Below, in pieces: positions 41,095-48,586 of a stretch of 49,240 nt of DNA. How positions within the stretch are numbered: position 1 is the first letter of the stretch; each line of letters begins with the position of its first letter. The notes under the pieces are model-generated. The model was given only the letters and a program-made list of their open reading frames with translations. It was not told where the DNA came from and made no database searches. The DNA comes from a virus. The stretch is taken from IMG/VR virus record IMGVR_UViG_3300030613_000002, positions 1 through 49,240 of that record; one strand, written 5' to 3'. A program made the position numbers and the translations under genes.

Positions 41095-42485
41095 GATTCG
41101 GGATTGCCGAGACGGACCAGTACCTCATAGTTGGATTCTACGATGACAGCACCCCGCCAGATAGGGTGGGCGGATTGTCCCCGACCTGCCAGATGAAGCG
41201 GCTGACGGACGATTGGTTCTGGAACCCTGCTGCGGGGCCTCCGGCGGCATGGCAGGCGGCAACCTATGCGATTGCGATGACTGCCGTTGATGCTGTGAAC
41301 ATGATCGGTTTGTACAAGGTAGCGAAACCGGTCGTGGCTGTCCATACGCAGATTGTTGTAGATGTTGACGCTGGCACGGATACGGTCGCGTTCCGTCAAC
41401 CGTTCACCGTTTTTGAGATTGACCCGAAGGTGGACAACCTGGACGCGGCGATAACGGCGGTGCAGACGGACATCGGGAACCTGAATGACCTATCGGGGGC
41501 GGACGTGAACGCTCAAGCGGACTTGGCATTGAGCGATTATGATCCACCAACAAAAACGGAACTGGACGCCGGGTTCGCGGCTCTCAATGATCTCTCGGCG
41601 GCGGCAGTCAACACCGAGGTTGACACCGCCCTGTCTGACTATGATCCTCCGACAAAAACGGAGATGGATAATGCATTTGCGGCGCTCAACGACCTGTCAG
41701 CGGCAGAAGTGAATACAGAGGTGGACTCCGCCCTGAATACCGCCATACCAGGGAGCCCTACGGCCAACAGCATCAACGAGCGCGTGGCGGCCATAGACGA
41801 CAAACTTCCCACTGGGACGATCAGCGATGTTACCACCGCCCAAGTCAACACCGAGGCGGACACGGCTTTGGCGGACTATGATGGGCCGACGAAAGCGGAG
41901 ATGGATGTGAACCTGGACGCGAAGGTGAGCACGCGAGCGGCGGCGTCCACCGCGCTCACGAACGCAACTTGGACTGATGGGAAGGCAGCGTTCCTGGACG
42001 CATCCATCGCTGGAGTTGCCGCAGGCGTGTGGGCAGTGGGGACGCGGACGCTCAGTTCATTCGGGACGCTCGTGGCAGACGTGGCAACGGCTGTCTGGGG
42101 GGCCGTAGCGCGAACATTGACATCAGGCCTGGCTAACCTGGACGTGGCCGTGAGCAGCCGCGCACCCGAGGCGGCGGGGAACGTGGCAGCGATCAAGGCA
42201 AAGACGGACAACCTGCCGGGTGATCCCGCATCCGAGGCGACCCTGACGGCTCTCAGCGCAGTTGCGGCACGGGCATTGGGATTGAGTTTCGAGAACTCTG
42301 GAGAGCGAGAAGTGGTGTGGGACGCAGACCACCGCCTGACCAGTTCCAAGACCTACCTATATGACTCGGCGGCACATGCCAGCGTGAATGATGGGATTAC
42401 GGGTGTGATTGCGGCATATCAGATGACCATTTCCTACGGTGTTGGGGGATTTCGGGATGGTTGGAAGGTTGTGAAAATCACATGA
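41091..42485 (+). CDS. fiber-like protein with about 40-aa tandem repeats
   Basis: ALSDYDPPTKTE(L/M)D..FAALNDLSAA.VNTEVD is repeated, with a third degenerate copy (ALADYDGPTKAEMD). Confidence 0.6.
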   Translation: MRFGIAETDQYLIVGFYDDSTPPDRVGGLSPTCQMKRLTDDWFWNPAAGPPAAWQAATYAIAMTAVDAVNMIGLYKVAKPVVAVHTQIVVDVDAGTDTVAFRQPFTVFEIDPKVDNLDAAITAVQTDIGNLNDLSGADVNAQADLALSDYDPPTKTELDAGFAALNDLSAAAVNTEVDTALSDYDPPTKTEMDNAFAALNDLSAAEVNTEVDSALNTAIPGSPTANSINERVAAIDDKLPTGTISDVTTAQVNTEADTALADYDGPTKAEMDVNLDAKVSTRAAASTALTNATWTDGKAAFLDASIAGVAAGVWAVGTRTLSSFGTLVADVATAVWGAVARTLTSGLANLDVAVSSRAPEAAGNVAAIKAKTDNLPGDPASEATLTALSAVAARALGLSFENSGEREVVWDADHRLTSSKTYLYDSAAHASVNDGITGVIAAYQMTISYGVGGFRDGWKVVKIT

Positions 42486-42691
42486 TCTGGCAGGGGGAGG
42501 CAATAGGCATCAAGGGGCGGGGTGAAGGACAAGAAAGCATCCTATCCCTGAAGGGGCGGATAGACGTGTCGCCGACTCCAGGGGAAGCGCATGGGCCGGA
42601 GATACCGCAATCCTATCTGGATTGGAACCGGAAGAAGTGGGGGCAGACAACGGACGGATTGGTTCGTCGAGGCAGTCTGGGGGACTGGTAG
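42482..42691 (+). CDS. hypothetical protein
   Basis: ATGA overlap with the upstream gene. 69 aa. Confidence 0.4.
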   Translation: MIWQGEAIGIKGRGEGQESILSLKGRIDVSPTPGEAHGPEIPQSYLDWNRKKWGQTTDGLVRRGSLGDW

Positions 42692-42692
42692 A

Positions 42693-43382
42693 ATGGCATT
42701 TCCACAGGTTGAGAGTAGCGCGACGACCTTTGGGGTTCTGGACGTGAGCAGCAATGTGAACTATCCGGCGACAGTGAGCGCGGGGGCGCTGCTGGTGTGT
42801 GTGATGCGGTGCGGCGTTGACGGGGTGATAGGGTGGCCTGCCGGATGGAACGAACTGGTTGAGAGCACAGTAGATGCCTCAGACGACTACATGGCTATCG
42901 CCTGGCGGGAGGCGGTGGGGAACGAGGATGGAACAACGTTTGCCGTAACTCATGGAAACGGGAAATCCTGTTACATCGTCTATTCAATCACGGGGGCGGA
43001 AGACCCAGATACACAACCGCCCGAACTCTCGACTGTTGCCTTTGGCATTTCCACGACACCTGATCCAAGTTCCCTCACTCCCACAGGTGGGGCGAAAGAC
43101 TACCTCTGGCTGTGGCTGGGGGGCTGGCAGGGCACACAAACATCGCCGCCGACTGGCAACCCTACTAACTATAACAACCCCCTAGGGGCGGATACGCTGG
43201 CTGGTAGCACGATCATGAGCAACTGTCGGGTGGCTGCGGCGCGGCGTGAACTCAATGCGGCATCGGAAGACCCTGGGTCCTGGACAATCTCGGTATCCGA
43301 TAACTGGATGGTGTGGGTAATGGCGGTTCATCCCGCTGGGGCACCTCCGCCAGCCGGAGGGCACTTTGCGGTGATGGTGTGA
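42693..43382 (+). CDS. hypothetical virion-associated protein
   Basis: ATG at 42693, 2 nt after the upstream stop. 229 aa. Confidence 0.5.
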   Translation: MAFPQVESSATTFGVLDVSSNVNYPATVSAGALLVCVMRCGVDGVIGWPAGWNELVESTVDASDDYMAIAWREAVGNEDGTTFAVTHGNGKSCYIVYSITGAEDPDTQPPELSTVAFGISTTPDPSSLTPTGGAKDYLWLWLGGWQGTQTSPPTGNPTNYNNPLGADTLAGSTIMSNCRVAAARRELNAASEDPGSWTISVSDNWMVWVMAVHPAGAPPPAGGHFAVMV

Positions 43383-43383
43383 G

Positions 43384-43548
43384 ATGGGGAAGCCGACGGC
43401 TTTTCAGTGGGCGACCATGTGCTTCGCGCTGTTCGCATTGGGCTTGGCATTGGGCTACATGATCGGGGAGATATGGGGGCTCAAACCGACCATCAACATC
43501 TATCAACTCGGGGGCCCTAGCAAAGGGGTAATCCCCTGGGGATTGTGA
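43384..43548 (+). CDS. 54-aa membrane protein (below the ORF-track cutoff)
   Basis: ATG 2 nt after the upstream stop. TM helix WATMCFALFALGLALGYMIG. Confidence 0.45.
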   Translation: MGKPTAFQWATMCFALFALGLALGYMIGEIWGLKPTINIYQLGGPSKGVIPWGL

Positions 43549-43558
43549 GGCGAGAGGA

Positions 43559-43744
43559 ATGGACACGTTAATTGACAGGATAGCCGACTACGGGGTACTC
43601 GGAGCGATCTGTGCTTTTCTACTTTGGATTGGGTATAGCAAAGTGCTCCCTTTGTGGAAGGACACCGTCATCGCGCTGCAGAAGGCTCTGGAGTTACTGG
43701 GGGAACACCTAGAATGGGCAAGGAAGCGGAACGGAAAAGACTGA
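43559..43744 (+). CDS. 61-aa membrane protein (holin/spanin-like candidate)
   Basis: GAGGCGAGAGGA precedes the ATG. TM helix YGVLGAICAFLLWIGY followed by a charged tail. Confidence 0.5.
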   Translation: MDTLIDRIADYGVLGAICAFLLWIGYSKVLPLWKDTVIALQKALELLGEHLEWARKRNGKD

Positions 43745-43752
43745 GCGAGCCG

Positions 43753-43911
43753 ATGGCTGAGTGCCCGGCGTGCAGGGCGCGCTTTGCCATATCCGAGAGT
43801 GGGGCAGAGGACGGCGAGGACGAGTGCCCAAAGTGCGGCGAGAAGGCGCTGATTTACGACCTGGGGGACGATGAGAGGCCGGATAGGGTAAAGACACCAG
43901 GGGAGGGCTAA
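43753..43911 (+). CDS. small zinc-ribbon protein
   Basis: CPAC...CPKC. Alternative in-frame start at 43714. Confidence 0.4.
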   Translation: MAECPACRARFAISESGAEDGEDECPKCGEKALIYDLGDDERPDRVKTPGEG

Positions 43912-43968
43912 CTTTCGCACCACGGGCTTGTACGGGCTTCTGGTGAAGGATTGTGAGGGACTTGCCAA

Positions 43969-44787
43969 ATGCCGATAGATGAGGGGCCACGGAGTAAGCC
44001 GTTGGTGGTGGTGGAGTGCGGGGCGGAGGACATCTGGTTCACCGGTTTTGGCGACCAACACTGGGGACATTCCGGCTGCTGGAAGGCGGGAGTGCGGGAG
44101 GCGATAGAGGAGATACGAGAGAGTGGGGCCTGGTGGGTGGGCATGGGGAACATGCTGAACTGCGGCTGGGCGATGGCGAAAAAGGAGGCGGCGATGGAAG
44201 AGGAAATGCTGGTTGATGAGCAGTTTATCCAATTCAGGGAATTGCTGCGGCCGATCGCGCCGACCTGCGTGGGGCTGATAGGCAGCCAGTGCCATGAGGG
44301 GTGGATGGAAAGCGCGGCGGGGTTCCGGTTGCTCAAACTCCTGGCAGACAACCTGGGCGTCAGATGGCTGGGACTCAATGCCCGCTTTGTGCTCAAGGTG
44401 GCCGGGCAACGCTACCGCGTTCACGCCTGGCACGGGAAGGGCGCGGCGGCGACACTGATGGGAAAGTTTAATCCGCTACTCCGAATGAAGGAAAAGAGCG
44501 ACTCCGATCTCTATCTCATGGCGCACATACACCAATGTTTGGATTATCCGACCTATTTCACGGAAGCGCGGGGCGACAGGGAGCGGCAGATGAAGCGGTT
44601 GTTTGTAGTTACCGGTCATTTTCAGGCGGAGTCAAACTACGCAGAGGGGCGCGACCTAGCATTGGGGCGGATGGGACTGATGTGGATACGGTTGTCGGCG
44701 GACAAATGGAGCGCACATGCAGGGACGATGGGGCCGCGTGCCATAGCCAGCATGATGGGAAGCCACAAGGATGTTGAAGAAGGGTAA
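43969..44787 (+). CDS. calcineurin-like metallophosphoesterase (tentative)
   Basis: GDQHWG (motif I-like), GSQCHEGW (GNHE-like), AWHGKG and MAHIHQ. Several motifs are degenerate. Confidence 0.45.
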   Translation: MPIDEGPRSKPLVVVECGAEDIWFTGFGDQHWGHSGCWKAGVREAIEEIRESGAWWVGMGNMLNCGWAMAKKEAAMEEEMLVDEQFIQFRELLRPIAPTCVGLIGSQCHEGWMESAAGFRLLKLLADNLGVRWLGLNARFVLKVAGQRYRVHAWHGKGAAATLMGKFNPLLRMKEKSDSDLYLMAHIHQCLDYPTYFTEARGDRERQMKRLFVVTGHFQAESNYAEGRDLALGRMGLMWIRLSADKWSAHAGTMGPRAIASMMGSHKDVEEG

Positions 44788-44995
44788 GAAACTGTGTGTC
44801 GCGCTGCGCCGTGCCTCAGAGGAATACGGGATTCCTCCTGGGACGTTGGCGAAATGGTGCCGGGTAGGGAAGGTTGTTGCGTATCTGGCCTATGTGCCTG
44901 GTCAGGCACGGCCCACGTACATTGTGGAGAGAGGATCGCTGGAGAAGTTCTTGAAGGCGAGACGAGTAGCAGACCTGGAGGAAGTTGACACATGA
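44771..44995 (+). CDS. HTH DNA-binding protein
   Basis: ASEEYGIPPGTLAKWCRVGKV looks like a helix-turn-helix. 74 aa. Confidence 0.5.
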   Translation: MLKKGKKLCVALRRASEEYGIPPGTLAKWCRVGKVVAYLAYVPGQARPTYIVERGSLEKFLKARRVADLEEVDT

Positions 44996-45429
44996 AACAA
45001 CCGAGCGTGGAAGTGCTTTTCGAGTCTTTGCAGCCGTTTATGGTGGGGACATTTGGGGGGAAGACAGACGAAGAGCGGGCATTGCTGGACGAGGCGAACA
45101 AGAGGTTGCTGGGGGAACCGGCAATACCGATCGCTGTGGCTCATCCCGTAGGAGGCGTCTTGGTGCAACACACGACTGGGCAATTGACTGAACCGACCGG
45201 CCTTCACAAATACGGGGGCAACCACCTCACGCCGGAGTTCGACCTCATCAAAGAGGCGCGGGAGGAGGCGCTTGACCTCATCGTGATAGCGGGGCCGATC
45301 GCCAACCAGCGGCGCGCGCTAGGCAAGGAAAAGTGGGGGCCGACGAAAACCCGCTGTATGGACACAGCGGTGAGGTTGTTCAAGAAAGGACTGGAGGCTT
45401 TGGACATGGCGGAGAAGGTGAAGGAATGA
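44992..45429 (+). CDS. hypothetical protein
   Basis: ATGA overlap with the upstream gene. 145 aa. Confidence 0.5.
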   Translation: MKQPSVEVLFESLQPFMVGTFGGKTDEERALLDEANKRLLGEPAIPIAVAHPVGGVLVQHTTGQLTEPTGLHKYGGNHLTPEFDLIKEAREEALDLIVIAGPIANQRRALGKEKWGPTKTRCMDTAVRLFKKGLEALDMAEKVKE

Positions 45430-46088
45430 TGGCGACCGAGATAACGAACCTGGCGGAATACCTGGCGGCAGGGGGCAGGGCGCAGGGGGCGGAGGGGGTT
45501 TGTCTCCACCACAGCGCGAGTCCAATGGCGGCCCAGTATAATGGCGCGGCAACGATTGATGGCATCCGCAGATACCACATGCAGACGAATGGGTGGAGGG
45601 ACATTGGGTATCATTTGCTCCTGGGGCCGGATCTGCGGTTATGGGCCGGCAGGCCCTTGGCATGGACTGGAGCGCATGCGTTAGTCAGCAATGCGGCGAT
45701 GCTGAAAAAGGTGGGCAACATCAACTGGGCGAACCAGAGGCTCATCGGCTTCTGCGTCATCGGGAATTATGATAGTGAGCCGGTCCCCAATCCTTTGCGG
45801 TTGAAGGTCATTGATGTGTTGGCAGAGGTGTTGGCTTTCTACGGCAGGACGGCGGACGATCTCTGGTTCCACCGCGACCTCTACAGCACGGCTTGCCCGG
45901 GGAAGAACTGGGATCGGGCGGACTTGCGGGCCGCACTGGATACCCCAGTGATACCGGCATGGGCTCAAGATGGTTGGGTCTGGGCGGAGGCGCACGGGAT
46001 CATCCTGGGGAACCCAGAGGAGACGGTGAACAGGATGAGCCTTGCGACAATTCTTCAAAGATATGACAAGATGAAGGGAGGTGGATAG
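45426..46088 (+). CDS. N-acetylmuramoyl-L-alanine amidase (Amidase_2/PGRP-type endolysin)
   Basis: CLHHSAS, WRDIGYHLLLG, TGAHA, IGFCVIGNY and FHRDLYSTACPG are the zinc-amidase signature. Confidence 0.85.
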   Translation: MMATEITNLAEYLAAGGRAQGAEGVCLHHSASPMAAQYNGAATIDGIRRYHMQTNGWRDIGYHLLLGPDLRLWAGRPLAWTGAHALVSNAAMLKKVGNINWANQRLIGFCVIGNYDSEPVPNPLRLKVIDVLAEVLAFYGRTADDLWFHRDLYSTACPGKNWDRADLRAALDTPVIPAWAQDGWVWAEAHGIILGNPEETVNRMSLATILQRYDKMKGGG

Positions 46089-46089
46089 G

Positions 46090-46389
46090 ATGCAGGAGAT
46101 AACGAACAAGTTCTTGGGCGAGATTCTGACTGGACTCGCGGCGGTAGTGAGTGCCTACGCGGTAAATGCTTTACGCAGGTGGATGCGCCGGACGGATAAG
46201 AGCGACCTGGAGGCGGCGGCAAAGGTCGGGGTGAAGTGGGCGGCGCAGACGATGCAGGATGCGCTCGGGAAGGAAAGATTTGTCGAAGTATCTCAATCAT
46301 TGGCAGGCAAGTTTCAGTGGGCTGACTACGATGACATCGAGAAGGCAATCGAGGCCGCGGTGCACGATTTGAACGCGGCGATACAGTAA
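46090..46389 (+). CDS. holin (LL-H-like family)
   Basis: GGGAGGTGGATAGG precedes the ATG. N-terminal TM helix ILTGLAAVVSAYAV and a C-terminal IEKAIEAAV motif typical of LL-H holins. Adjacent to the amidase. Confidence 0.65.
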   Translation: MQEITNKFLGEILTGLAAVVSAYAVNALRRWMRRTDKSDLEAAAKVGVKWAAQTMQDALGKERFVEVSQSLAGKFQWADYDDIEKAIEAAVHDLNAAIQ

Positions 46390-46498
46390 GGCCGGGGTTT
46401 ACTCCTTTTCCCCGGCTGGGGCCTGTGCTCGCTCCTCCCTCCGAGCCGGCGGCAAACCGCAGGAGGCATCCTGGCAGGCCCCCATATCTCATAGAAAG

Positions 46499-46514
46499 TT
46501 GACATGCGTGTCAA
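46499..46514. promoter_or_regulatory. perfect palindrome TTGACA-TGCG-TGTCAA (back-to-back -35-like hexamers or operator)
   Basis: Read directly. The minus-strand reading gives cgcTTGACA, a 17-nt spacer and TGAGAT. Confidence 0.4.
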
Positions 46515-46585
46515 GCGATTGTCCCCGACTCCCCATGAACCCGCACCGGTATCGCATAAACCCGTTTCCAAGTGCCTTCAATGCG

Positions 46586-46636
46586 ATAACCGTGCGGGTT
46601 TTGTATTTTTCGAGTGCATAACCGTGCGGGTTTTGT
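46586..46636. repeat. two 19-bp direct repeats with a 32-bp period (candidate operators)
   Basis: ATAACCGTGCGGGTTTTGT at 46586..46604 and 46618..46636. Each is internally quasi-palindromic (AACCgtgcGGgTT). Confidence 0.8.
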
Positions 46637-46650
46637 GGCATCCCGAAAAC

Positions 46651-46679
46651 TTGACATGACTTTGAACCTTCTCTAGACT
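46651..46679 (+). promoter_or_regulatory. sigma70-like promoter of the rightward early block
   Basis: TTGACA (46651..46656), a 17-nt spacer, TAGACT (46674..46679). GGAGAGG SD and the ATG at 46705 follow. Confidence 0.55.
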
Positions 46680-46704
46680 GGGGGCGTTATGGTCGGAGAG
46701 GTCA

Positions 46705-46917
46705 ATGAAATCCTGGTCTAACATTCAACGGCTGCGTGATTTATGCGTCCTGGCAGCCTACGAAGCGACACATGCGCCAGCGGTATATCTGGGTAAGGTG
46801 TTCGGGTTGAGCGGGCGGCATATCACGCGGATACTTGCGCGGACGGAGACGAGGGTTCATCAAGGGAGACCAAAGGGGGAGACGTCATGTTCGGATATAT
46901 CACCTGGGAAGCGGTGA
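46705..46917 (+). CDS. small HTH regulator (Cro-like by position)
   Basis: VYLGKVFGLSGRHITRILAR is HTH-like. First gene after the promoter/operator cluster. Confidence 0.55.
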   Translation: MKSWSNIQRLRDLCVLAAYEATHAPAVYLGKVFGLSGRHITRILARTETRVHQGRPKGETSCSDISPGKR

Positions 46918-46985
46918 GGGAGGCGGTAGCGCTGGGGGTGGGGGTGGGGCTAGCGACCATATTTTGGGGATGGTGGAGGCGATGA
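46887..46985 (+). CDS. possible 32-aa hydrophobic peptide
   Basis: AAAGGGGGAGACGTC precedes the ATG. Encodes MFGYITWEAVREAVALGVGVGLATIFWGWWRR. Its stop overlaps the next ATG (ATGA). Confidence 0.3.
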   Translation: MFGYITWEAVREAVALGVGVGLATIFWGWWRR

Positions 46986-47311
46986 AAGGCGGGGCGGTTC
47001 GACTGAGTGCCTTGGCACGGAATCTGATTCGCATCGTTCGGGAGGTAGGCGTGTCTATGGACAACGTGGCAGTGGCCTTCAATGATCTGAGGCGGGGACT
47101 TCTGGCCGCGGCGATCTGTATGGCACTCCCCGGAAGTGTAGAGGAGATACAGGGGAGACTGAGGCGCAACCCGTTCCACGTGAAGGTTGACCGCCTTGAC
47201 CTGGGGGCGATGCTGACACAAATGGCATGGGCGGGGTTGGTGGAGTGGAGAGACGGAGAATGGCGGGCGAAGGCAAGGAGGAGTACCAATGAAGGAGTTC
47301 AGGATTGTTGA
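46982..47311 (+). CDS. hypothetical protein
   Basis: The ATG at 46982 is coupled to the upstream micro-ORF. 109 aa. The upstream part of the track ORF is Gly/Arg low complexity. Confidence 0.45.
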   Translation: MKGGAVRLSALARNLIRIVREVGVSMDNVAVAFNDLRRGLLAAAICMALPGSVEEIQGRLRRNPFHVKVDRLDLGAMLTQMAWAGLVEWRDGEWRAKARRSTNEGVQDC

Positions 47312-47480
47312 TAGGAGGACGTTTGACGTGCTGGCGGAGACAGAGGAGGATGCGAAAGCGATATTGGAGAACGCACTGAAGGCGGACCTGCCGGAGACCG
47401 AACGGGGAGATCGGCCGGGGATTCGATTCCTGGCGTGTGAGTTCACCAGTCTCGGGGAGATTAAGGGCAGCGATGAGTAA
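47289..47480 (+). CDS. hypothetical protein
   Basis: AAGGAGGAGTACCA precedes the ATG. 63 aa. Confidence 0.55.
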   Translation: MKEFRIVDRRTFDVLAETEEDAKAILENALKADLPETERGDRPGIRFLACEFTSLGEIKGSDE

Positions 47481-47721
47481 CCTACCGCCCGGCGCCCTGC
47501 ACGACAACGGACTGACGGATGAGCAGCATGAACTCGAACGGCTGGTGGTGAACCCGCAGGTGATACGCATGGCGCGGAATCGGTTGGTCGAGGGGTTGGT
47601 CAATCAGTTCGAGAAAGACATGGAGATATTGATCCATAACTACCCGGAGATTTTGGCGGAGAAGGTCGAGCAGATCGCCAGGGACATCCTGGCGGGAGAG
47701 GAGAGGATAGCAGATGAATGA
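47473..47721 (+). CDS. hypothetical protein
   Basis: The ATG at 47473 overlaps the upstream 3' end. 82 aa. Confidence 0.5.
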   Translation: MSNLPPGALHDNGLTDEQHELERLVVNPQVIRMARNRLVEGLVNQFEKDMEILIHNYPEILAEKVEQIARDILAGEERIADE

Positions 47722-48586
47722 GGAGCAAGGACTCGTGAAACGGTCCACAGACGCGGAATTGGGCATGGAGGAGTTCAGTCCAGAGGCGGCGCTGGAGAGA
47801 GTTGGGAAGGCGCGGCAGTTTGCGGAGGGGCTATTCGGGAGACTGAAGGACGGAGTGGACTATGGGATGATTCCGGGCGTTCCCAAACCGGTACTGTTCA
47901 AGCCGGGGGCAGAGAACATCGCCTTTGGGTTCAATGTCTCGCCCATAGTGAGAGATGGGAACAAGGGAGAGGTCTGGGATGCCAGCACAGGTCTCCGAGA
48001 GTACTCCGTCATCCTGGCATTGGTACACCGGCGGTCAGGGGTAACGTTGGCTGAGGGCGTGGGATCCGCCAGGGCGAAACGTTCCAACCTGAAGGACAAA
48101 AAAGGCACGATTGACATTGAGCGGGTGGACAATGCAAACAACACGGCGCTCAAGATGGCCTACAAGCGGGCCTATGTGTCCGCTGCCCTGAGTCTGGGAG
48201 CACTGTCGGCGCTACTCACTCAGGACGCCGACGAGGACGAACATGGCCGCGGACAGGCCGGCCCAACCGGAAAGCCAACTGAACCTGGGAAGGATGAACC
48301 TACCGCGAAACATACCCTCAGCGAGATGTTCAAGCAGGTTGCGTTGGGCCCTAACGAGGCGTGGTCGGTAGTGAAACAGGTGGCCGCCTTCACTGATGAG
48401 GAAGGGAAAAGCCATACCCCAGCGTCCTTTGCTGCAATGAGCGACAAGTGGGCTGGCCGGGTGATAGGGGAACTCCGAAACGTATTCCCGAAGGGCATCC
48501 CAGCGGATGTGACACCGGCGCAACTCTGGGAGATCGTGCAGCATTATCGTGAGGAACAAGGCGGCGACACGGATGGCGCAGCCTGA
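47714..48586 (+). CDS. putative single-strand annealing protein (recombinase), family unresolved
   Basis: Sits immediately upstream of the Cas4-like exonuclease. Segments GMIPGVPKPVLFKPGAENIAFGF and NTALKMAYKRAYVSAAL resemble phage SSAPs, and the C-terminal tail is acidic. The family cannot be assigned without a search. Confidence 0.5.
   Translation: MNEEQGLVKRSTDAELGMEEFSPEAALERVGKARQFAEGLFGRLKDGVDYGMIPGVPKPVLFKPGAENIAFGFNVSPIVRDGNKGEVWDASTGLREYSVILALVHRRSGVTLAEGVGSARAKRSNLKDKKGTIDIERVDNANNTALKMAYKRAYVSAALSLGALSALLTQDADEDEHGRGQAGPTGKPTEPGKDEPTAKHTLSEMFKQVALGPNEAWSVVKQVAAFTDEEGKSHTPASFAAMSDKWAGRVIGELRNVFPKGIPADVTPAQLWEIVQHYREEQGGDTDGAA

Noticed and set aside
36736-42485. Diversity-generating retroelement targeting the fiber genes
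   Set aside because: No reverse transcriptase gene exists anywhere in the window. No template/variable repeat pair with adenine-specific mismatches was seen. The repeats in 41091..42485 are ordinary tandem coding repeats.
46391-46416. Intrinsic terminator after the holin gene
   Set aside because: There is a 7-bp GC stem with a 12-nt loop but no U-tract on either strand. It may still pause or stabilise RNA, but it does not fit the canonical model. The same applies to the 4-bp GGGC/GCCC stem plus TTTT at about 30792..30808.
46326-46571. 81-aa minus-strand ORF in the regulatory region
   Set aside because: It has no RBS and an implausible composition. It overlaps the palindrome, the hairpin and the holin 3' end, so it is more likely non-coding.
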